This document shows, in pieces, positions 55,101 to 64,000 of a stretch of DNA of 64,000 nt (position 1 is the stretch's first letter; every line of letters begins with the position of its first letter). The translations under genes and the position numbers were made by a program. Origin of the DNA: the human T2T-CHM13v2.0 reference genome, Homo sapiens; the NCBI RefSeq assembly GCF_009914755.1, contig NC_060938.1; one strand, 5' to 3'. Under the pieces are notes generated by a model that was given only the letters and a program-made list of their open reading frames with translations, was not told the DNA's origin and made no database searches.

Positions 55101-58100
55101 CTCCATTCCACTCCACTCCATTCCATTCCGTTCCACTCCACTCCATTCCACTCCATTCCACTCCACTCCATTCTACTCCACTCCATTCCACTCCATTCCA
55201 TTCCAGTACACTCCATTCCATTCCAGTCCACTCCATTCCATTCCATTCTATTCCTTTATTTCAACTGGATCTCACTCTGTCACCCTGACAGGAGTGCAAT
55301 GACACGTTCTTAGCTCACATTTCATTTCACCATTCCATTCCATTCCATTCCATTTCACTCCACTCCACTCAGCTCCACTCCACTCCTTTCCATTCTGTTC
55401 CATTCCATTCCGCTACATTCCTTTGCGTTCCGTTCCATTCCATTCCATTCCACTCTACTCCATTCCACTCCATTCCAATCCACTCCACTGCACTCCACTC
55501 CACTCCTCTCCAGTCCACTCCACTCCACTAAACTCCACTGCACTCCACTTCACTCCATTCCATTTCGTTTTGTTCCGTTCCGTTCGGGTTTGTTGCATTC
55601 CACTCCATTCCATTCCACTCCACTCCTCACAGCGCCACTCCATTTCACTTTATTACACTCCATCCCACTCCACTACACTTAACTCCACTCCATTCCATCC
55701 CATTCTACTGCACTCCATTCCATTCTATTCCATTCCATTCCATTCCATTCCATTCCATTCCCTTGTACTCCGTTCCACTCCACGCAACTCCGCTCCACTC
55801 CATTCCACTCCACTCGATCCGATCCATTCTATTCCTTTCCCTTCCATTCCATTCCGTTCCATTCCATTCCATTCCATTCCATTCCACTCCTATCCATTCC
55901 ATTCCACTCCATTGCACTCCATTGCCCTCCACTGCATTCCACTCCCGTCCATTCCAGTCCAATCCCCTCCACTCCACTCCACTCCAGTCCATTCTACTGC
56001 TTTCCATTCCATTCCTTTCCATTCCACTGCAGTGCAATCCACTCCACTCAAACCCACTCCACTCAACTCCACTCCACTCCTCTCTCCTTCATTTCATACC
56101 ATTCCATTTCATTCTATTCCATTCCACTGCACTCTGATCCACCCCACTCAATTCCACTACTCTCCACTAAACTCTGTTCCATTCTGTTCCGTTCCCTTCC
56201 GTCCTATTCCCTTCCATTCCAGTCCACTCCATTCCACTCCAATCCATTCCTCTCCATTCCATTCTAATCCATTCCATTCCATTCCATTGCACTGCACTCC
56301 ATTCCAATAAACTCCATTACACTCCACTCCACTCCATTCCCCTTCATTCCATTCCATATCATTCCATTCCACACCACACCATTCCACACCACACCATTCC
56401 ACTCCACTCCACTCCATTCCACTCCAATCCACTCCATTCCAACCCATTCCATTCCACTCCACTTCATTCCATTCCATTTTACTCCATTCCAGTCCATTCC
56501 TTATTTTCGACTGGATCTCACTCTGTCTCCCATACTGGAGTACAGTGGCACAATCTTAGCTCACATTTCATTTCACCATTCCATTCCATTCCATTCCATT
56601 CCATTCCATTCCATTCCATTCCACTACACTACACTACACTCCATTTTATTCCATTCCACTCCACTCCACTCGCCTCTGATGCACTCCACTCCACTCCCTT
56701 CCATTCCACTCCACTACATTCCATTCCTCTGCACTCCACTAAACTCCACTCCTCTCCAATCCACTTCATTCCATTTAATTCCATTCCACTCCACTCCATT
56801 CCCTTCCATTCTATTCCAGTTCACTGCACTCCAATCCACTCCCCTCAACTACACTCCACTCCACTCTGTTCCATTCCATTCCTTTCCATTCCATTACGTT
56901 CCATTCCATTCCATTCCACTCCACTCAACTACACTCCACTCCACTCCATTCCATTCCATTCCATTCCATTCCATTCCATTCCATTCCACTGCACTCTGAT
57001 CCACTTCGTTCCACTCCACTCCACTTCGCTCCACTCCACTGCATTATATTCCATTCCATTCCATTCCATTCCATTCTATTCCATTCCATTCCTTTCCACT
57101 GCACTCCGATCCACTCCACTCCACTCTACTCAACTCCATTCCACTCCACTCCTTTCCATTCCACTCCGCTCCATTCCATTCCACTCCACTCCATTCCATT
57201 CCACTCCACTCCATTCCATTCTTTTCCACTGCATTCCATTCCACTCCACTCCACTCCATTCCACTCCACTCCTTTCCGTTCCACTCCACTCCATTTCATT
57301 CCACTCCTCTCCATTCCATTCCATTCCACTCCATTCCATTCCACTCCACTCCATTTCATTCCATTCCACACCACTCCCTTCCTTTCCACTCCACTCCACT
57401 TCAATCCACTCCACTCCATTCCACTCCACTCCACCCCATTCCATTCCATTCCATTCCATTACATTTTATTCCACTCCACTCCATTCCATTCCATTCCATT
57501 CCACTTCATTCCGATCCACTCCACCCAACTTCAATCCACGCCACTCCACTCCACTCCATTCCCTTCCATTCCATTCCATTCTGTTCCATTCAATTCCATT
57601 CCATTCCATTCTACTGCATTCCACTCCACTCCATTCCATTTCACTCCATTCCTCTCCATTCCTCTCCACTCTATTCCACTCTACTCCACTCAACTCCACT
57701 CCAAACCACTCCATTCCATTCCATTCCATTGAATTCCACTGCACTCCGATCCATTCCACTCAACTCCACTACACTACACTACACTACACTACACTTCATT
57801 CCATTCCATTCTGTATCGTTCCTTTCATTCCACTCCATTTCTTTCCTCTACACTCCATTCCATTCCACTCTATTCCACTCCATTCCACTCCATTCCACTC
57901 CACTCCGTTCCATTCCACTCCATTCCACTCCACTCCCTTCCACTCCACTCCACTCCATTCCACTGCATTCTATTCAACTCCACTCCATTCCATTCCACTT
58001 TACTCCATTCCATTGCATTCCTCAATTTCGATTGGATGTCTCTCTGTCCCCCAGAGTGTAGTGCAGTGGCACAATCTTAGCTCACATCACATTTCACCAT

Positions 58101-59912
58101 TCCATTCCATTGCATTCCAGTCCATTCCATTCCACTCCATTCCACTCCACTCCAATTCACTCCACTCCATTTCACTCCACTCCCTTCCGTGCCATTCCAT
58201 TCCACTCCACTCCGATCCACTCCATTCACCTACACTCCACTCCACTCCATTCTTTCCCGTTCCATTCCATCCTGTTCCATTCCACTCCATTCCATTCCAC
58301 TCCATTCCATTCCACTCTACTCTATTCCATTCCACTGCACCCCACTGCACTCCACTCCACTCCATTCCATTCCATTCTACTCCATTCCATTCGTTTCCTT
58401 TATTTCATCTGAATCTCACTCTGTCAACCAGACTGGAGTGTAGTGGCACTATCTTAGCACACATTTCATTTCACCATTCTGTTCCATTCCATTCCACTCC
58501 ACTCCACTCCATTCCATTCCATTCCATTCAACTCCATTCCATTCCATTCCATTCCATTCCATTCCATTCCATTCCACTGCACTCAGATCCACTCTTCTCA
58601 ACTCCACTTCACTCCACTCCACAATGTTCCATTCCATTCCATTCCATTCCATTCCATTCCATTCCTTTCCATAACATTCCACTGCACTCTGATACACTCC
58701 ACTCAACCCCACTCCACTCCATTCTATTCCATTCCATTCCATTCCACTCTTTTCCATTCCATTCGACTCAACTCCACTCCATTCTATTTCACTCCAATTG
58801 ACTCCATTCCACTCCTCTCCTCTCCACTCCACTAATCTCCATTCAATTTCACTCCATTCCACTCCATTCCAGTCCACTCCACTTCATTCCATTCCACTCC
58901 ACTCCATTCCACTCCATTCCATTCCTCTCCACTCCATTCCATCCATTCTACTCCATTTCGTTGCATTCCTTTATTTCGATTGGATCTCACTCTGTCACCC
59001 AGACTGGAGTGCAGTGGCACAATCTTAGCTCTCACTTCATTTCACCATTCCATACCATTCCATTCCATTCCTTTACGTTCCACTCCAGTGCACTCTACTG
59101 CACTCCACTCCTCTCCATTCCACTACTCTCTTTTCTATTCCACTCCAGTGCACTCTACTGCACTCCACTCCTCTCCATTCCACTACTCTCCTTTCTATTC
59201 CATTCCATTCCATTCCATTCCATTCCATTCCATTCCACGGCAATCTGATCCATTCCACTCAGCACCACTCCACTCCACTCACCTCCACTCTATTCTGTTA
59301 CGTTCCATTCCATTCCGTTCCATTCTATTCCATTCCATTCCATTCCACTCCACTCCACTCCTTTTCACTCCATTCCACTCCATTCCACTCGACTCCACTC
59401 CACTCCGTTTCACTCTGTTCCACTCCATTCCACTCGACTCCACTCCACTCCACTCCATTTCACTCCATTCCACTCTTCTCCACTCCACTCCATTCCATTC
59501 CATTCCATTCCACTCCATTCCATTCAATTCCATTCCATACCATTCCACTCCTTTCAACTCCACTCCACTCCACTGCACTTCACTCCACTCCAATCCTTTC
59601 CACTCCACTCCATTCCATTCCACTCCATTCCATTCCACTCCATTCCATTCCGCTCCACTCCACTCCATTCCATTCCACTCCACTCCTTTCCATTCCACTC
59701 CATTCCATTCCACTCCACTCCACTCTGCTCCATTCCATTCCATTCCTTTCAAATCCACTCTATTCCATTCCATTCCACTCCACTCCACTCCATTCCAGTC
59801 CAATCCACATCACTCCAATCCACTCCATTCCATTCCATTCCACTTCACTCCATTCCATTCCCTTCCATTCCTTTGCATTCCATTCCATTCCATTTCATTC
59901 CACTGCACTCCG
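52162..59912 (+). repeat. HSat3-like pentamer satellite (CCATT/CCACT) with ten embedded antisense Alu fragments
   Basis: Degenerate (CATTC)n/(CACTC)n. Cassette ..GATCTCACTCTGTCACCCAGGCTGGAGTGCAGTGGCACAATCTCAGCTCAC at ~52385, 52695, 53087, 53483, 53866, 55253, 56499, 58020, 58397 and 58968. Confidence 0.93.
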
Positions 59913-60682
59913 ATCTTCACATGAAAACTAGACATAAACTTTCTGAGAAACTTTTTTGTGATGTGTGCATTTATCTCACAGAGTTGAACCATTCTATTGA
60001 TTGAGCAGTTTGGTCACAGTCTTTTTGTAGAATCAGCAAAAGGATATTTGTGAGCGTTTTGTAGCCTATGGTGAAAAAGAAATATCTTCACAGAAAAACT
60101 AGAAAGAAGGTTTCTGTGAAACTGTTTTTTGATGTGTGAATTCATCTCACAGAATTGAACCTTTCTATTGATTGAGTGTATTGGAAACCGTCTTTTTGTA
60201 GATTCTGCAAAGGATTATTTGTGAACACTTGGGGGCCAATGGTGGAAAAGGAAATATCCTCACATGAAAACTAGATGGAAGCTTTCTGGGACACTTCTGT
60301 GTTATGTGTGCACTCATCTGAATCAGTTGAACCATTCTTTTGATTGATCAGTTTGGAAACAGTCTTTTTGTAGAATCAGCAAAGGATATTTGTGAGCGCT
60401 TTGAGGCCTATGAGGAAAAAGTAAATGTCTTCACATAAAAACTAGACAGAAAGTTTCTGAGAAACTGCTTTGTAATGTGTGCATTCATCTCACAGAGGTA
60501 AACATTTCTTTTCATTGAGCAGATGGGAAACTCTTTTGTTGTATAATCTGCAAAGGGATATTTGTGAGTTCTTTGAGTCCTATGGTGAAAAAGGAAATAT
60601 CTTCATATAAAATGTAGACAGAAACTTTCTTAGAAACTTATTTGTGATGTGTGCATTCATCTCATAGAGTTGACCCATTCTT
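59913..60682 (+). repeat. Alpha satellite family C
   Basis: Distinct diagnostics CAAAGGGATATTTGTGAG, GGTGAAAAAGG, GTTGAACCATTC and GAAGCTTTCTG. Confidence 0.93.
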
Positions 60683-61852
60683 ATTTTTTTGGAGCTCTCG
60701 GTTTAATTATTTATTTATTTACTTTTATTATTATTATACTTTATATTTTAGGGAACATGTGTACAACGTGTAGGTTTGTTACATATGTATACATGTGCCA
60801 TGTTTGTGTGCTGCACCCATGAACTCATCATTTAGCATTAGGTATATCTCCTAAGGCTATCCCTCCCCCTCCCTACACCGGACTACACTCCCTGGTGTGT
60901 GGTGTGTGATGGTTCCCTTTCTGTGTTCATGTGTTCTCTTTGATCAATTCCCAACTATGAGTGAGAACATGTGGTGTTTTATTTTTTGCCTTTGCGATAG
61001 TTTGCTGAGAATGATGGTTTCCAGCTTCATCCATGTCCCTACAAAGGATATGAACTCATCATTTTTTATGGCCGCATAGTGTTCCATGATGTATATGTGC
61101 CACATTTTCTTCATTCAGTCTATCGTTGTTGGACATTTACATTGGTTCCAAGTCTTTGCTATTGTGGATAGTGCCGCTATAAACATACATGTGCATGTGT
61201 CTTTATAGCAGCATGATTTATAATCCTTTGGGTATATACCCAGTAATGAGATGGCTAGGTCAAATGGTATTTCTAGTTCTAGATCCCTGAGGAATCGCCA
61301 TACCGACTTCCACAATGGTTGAACTAGTTTACACTCCCACCAACAGTGCAAAATTGTTCCTATTTCTCACATCCTCTCCAGCACCTGTTGTTTCCTGACT
61401 TTTTAATAATCGCCATTCTAACTGGTGTGAGATGGTATCTCATTGTGGTTTTGACTTGCATTTCTCTGATGGCCAGTGAAGATGAGCATTTTTTCATTTG
61501 TTCATTGACTGCATAAATGTCTTCTTTTGAGAACTGTCTGTTCATATACTTCACCCACATTTTGATGGGGTTGTTTGTTTTTTTCCTGTAAATTAGTCTG
61601 AGCTCGTTGTAGATTCCTGATATTAGCCCTTGGTCAGATGAGAAGGTTGCAAAAATATTCTCCCATTCTGTTGGATTCCTGTTCACTCTGATGGTGGTTT
61701 CTTTTGCTGTGCAGAAGCTCCTTAGTTTAATTAGATCCCATTTGTCAATTGTGGCTTTTGTTGCCATTGCTTTAGGTGTTTTAGACATGAAGTCCTTGCT
61801 CATGCTTATATCCTGAATGGTATTGCCTAGGTTTTCTTCTAGAGATTTTATG
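60683..61852 (-). mobile_element. 5'-truncated L1PA4-like LINE-1
   Basis: ORF2 C-terminal fragments (61115, 61360) and 3'UTR with older variants (GGTTTGTTAC, GAGAACATG, GGTTTCCAGCTTC, TTTAGCATTAGG). Degenerate TSD TGACCCATTCTT (60671-60682) / TGAAGCATTCTT (61853-61864). Confidence 0.94.
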
Positions 61853-64000
61853 TGAAGCATTCTTTTGATTAATCAGTTTGGATACTCTGTTCTTGTAGAA
61901 TCTGCAAGGAGATATTTGTGAGCACTTTGAGGTCTTTGGTGAAAAAGGAAATACCTTCACATAATAAATAGACAGAAGTTCTCTGAGAAACCTCCCTGTC
62001 ATATGTGCATTCATCTCACATAGTTGAAACAGTCTTTTGACTGAACAGTTTGAAAACTGTCAATTTGTAGAATCTGCAAAGGGATATTTGTGAGAGCTTT
62101 GAGGCCTATGGTGAGAAAGGAAATATCTTCACATAAAAACTATACAGAAGATTTCTGAGAAACCTCTTTGTGATGTGTGCATTCATCTCACAGAGTTGAA
62201 CCATTCTTTTGATTGAGTAGTTTGTAAACAGACTTTTTGTAGAATATGCAAAGGGATATTTGTCAGCTCTATGAGGCCTCTGGTGAAAAAGGAAATCTCT
62301 TCAATAAAAACTATAAAGAATGTTTCTGAGAAGCTGTTTTGCAAGGTGTGCACTCAACTCAGAGAGAAAAAAGTTTCTATTCTTTGATGAGTCTGGAAAC
62401 TCTGTTCTTGTAAAATCTGCAAAGGGATATTTGTGAGTGGCTTGAGGCCTATGGTGAAAAAGGAAATATCTTCACATAAAAACTACACAGAAGATTTCAG
62501 AGAAACTTCTTTGTGATATGTGCATTCATCTCACAGAGTTGAACCATTCTTTTGAAGAGAAGTTTCGAAACAGTCTTTTCAGAGAATTTGCAAAGGGATA
62601 TTTTCAGCACTTTGGTAGGTATGATGAAAAGGGAAATATCTTCACATAAAAAGTGGACAGAAGCTTTTGGAGAAACTTCTTTGCGATGTGTGCATTCATC
62701 TCACAGAGTTGAACCTTTTTTTTTTATTTAGCAGTTTGAAAAGAGTTCTTTTCTAGGATCTGCAGAGGGATATTTGTGAGCCCTTTATGGCCTAAGGTGA
62801 AATAGGAAATATCTTCACATAAAAACTAGACAGAGGCATTCTGAGAAACTTCTTCATGAAATGTGCTTTCATCACACATAGTTGATCCTCTCTTTTGATT
62901 GAGGAGTTTGGAAACAGCCTTTTTGTAGAATATGCAAATGGATATTTGGAGCGCTTTGAGGCCTACGGTGAAAAAAGAAATATCTTCACCTGAAAACTAG
63001 ACAGAAGCATTCTGAGAAACTTCTTTGTGATGTATGCATTCATCTCACAGAGTTTAACCTTTCTTCTGATTGAGCTGTTTCAAAACAGTCCTTTTGTAGA
63101 ATCTGCAAAGGGATATTTGTGAGCCCATTGAAGCCTATGGTGAAATAGGAAATATCTTCACATAAAAACTTGTCAGAAGATTTCTGAGAAACTTCTTTGT
63201 GATGTGTGCTTTCATCTCACAGAGTAGAACCTTTCTTTTGATTGAGCAGTTTGGAAATACACTTTTTGTAGAATCTGCAAATGGATATTTGGAGCACTTT
63301 GAGGACTATGGTGAAAAAGGAAATATCTTCACATAAAAACTAGAAAGCAGCATTCTATGAATCTACTTTGTGATGTGTGCTTTCATCTCACAGAGTTGAA
63401 CCTTTCTATTATTGAGGAGTTTGGAAACCATCTTTTTGTAGAATCTGCAAATGGATATTTGGAGCGGTTTGAGGCCTTCGTGAGAAAGGAAACATCTTCA
63501 CATAAAAACTAGACATAATCATTCTGAGAAACTTCTTGGTGACGTGTGCATTTATCACACAGAGTTGAACCTTTCTTTTTATAGAACAGTTTGGAAACTG
63601 TCTTTTTGTAGTATCTGTAGAGGGATGTTTGCGAGCAGTTTGAGGCCTATGGTGAACAAGGAAATATCTTCACATAAAAACTAGACAGAAGCTTTCTGAG
63701 AAACTTCTTTGTGATGTGTGAATTCATCTCACAGTGTTGAACCTTTCTTTGGATTGAGCAGTTTGGAAACAGTCCTTTTGTAGAATCTGCAAAGGTATAT
63801 TTCTGAGCCCATTGAGGTCTATGGTGAAATATGATATATCTTCCCATAAAAACTAGACAGAAGGTTTCTAAGAAACTTCTTTGTGATATGTGCTTCCATC
63901 TCACAGAGCTGAACTTTTCTTTTGATTGAGCAGTTTGGAAACACTCTTTTTGTAGAATCTGCAAATTGATATTTGGAGCGCTTTGAGGCCTGTGGTAAAA
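61853..64000 (+). repeat. Alpha satellite family C, continued
   Basis: Same CAAA(G/T)GGATATTT and GGTGAAA diagnostics to the end of the window. Confidence 0.94.

Noticed and set aside
52380-59045. CRISPR-like repeat/spacer appearance
   Set aside because: The repeats are degenerate Alu fragments, the spacers are pentamer satellite of variable length, and there are no cas genes; this is primate DNA.
52128-59992. Long ORFs such as 53527..55302 (591 aa, HSIPF/MEWNG repeats)
   Set aside because: CCATT/CCACT pentamers and their complements rarely form stop codons, so long low-complexity ORFs appear in many frames.

Overview
Human pericentromeric-type heterochromatin; no host gene, RNA gene or CRISPR array is supported. 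About 44 kb is divergent ~171-bp alpha satellite with no CENP-B box found, in three sequence families and with one strand inversion at ~45.94 kb. A 7.7-kb CCATT/CCACT satellite (HSat3-like, 52.16-59.91 kb) carries ten copies of one ~55-bp antisense Alu fragment. Six retrotransposon insertions interrupt the alpha satellite: a full-length SVA, a full-length decayed L1PA2/3, three 5'-truncated L1PA copies, and a ~134-bp L1HS-Ta fragment nested in one of them. The L1HS-Ta fragment is the most notable object. It carries a serial 3' transduction with three pure 30-32-nt poly(A) tracts, ending at a MaLR LTR poly(A) signal. Four of the six insertions carry extra 3' sequence. I found no new coding system; nearly all listed ORFs are repeat artefacts. 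Subfamily names come from recalled consensus diagnostics and were not computed.
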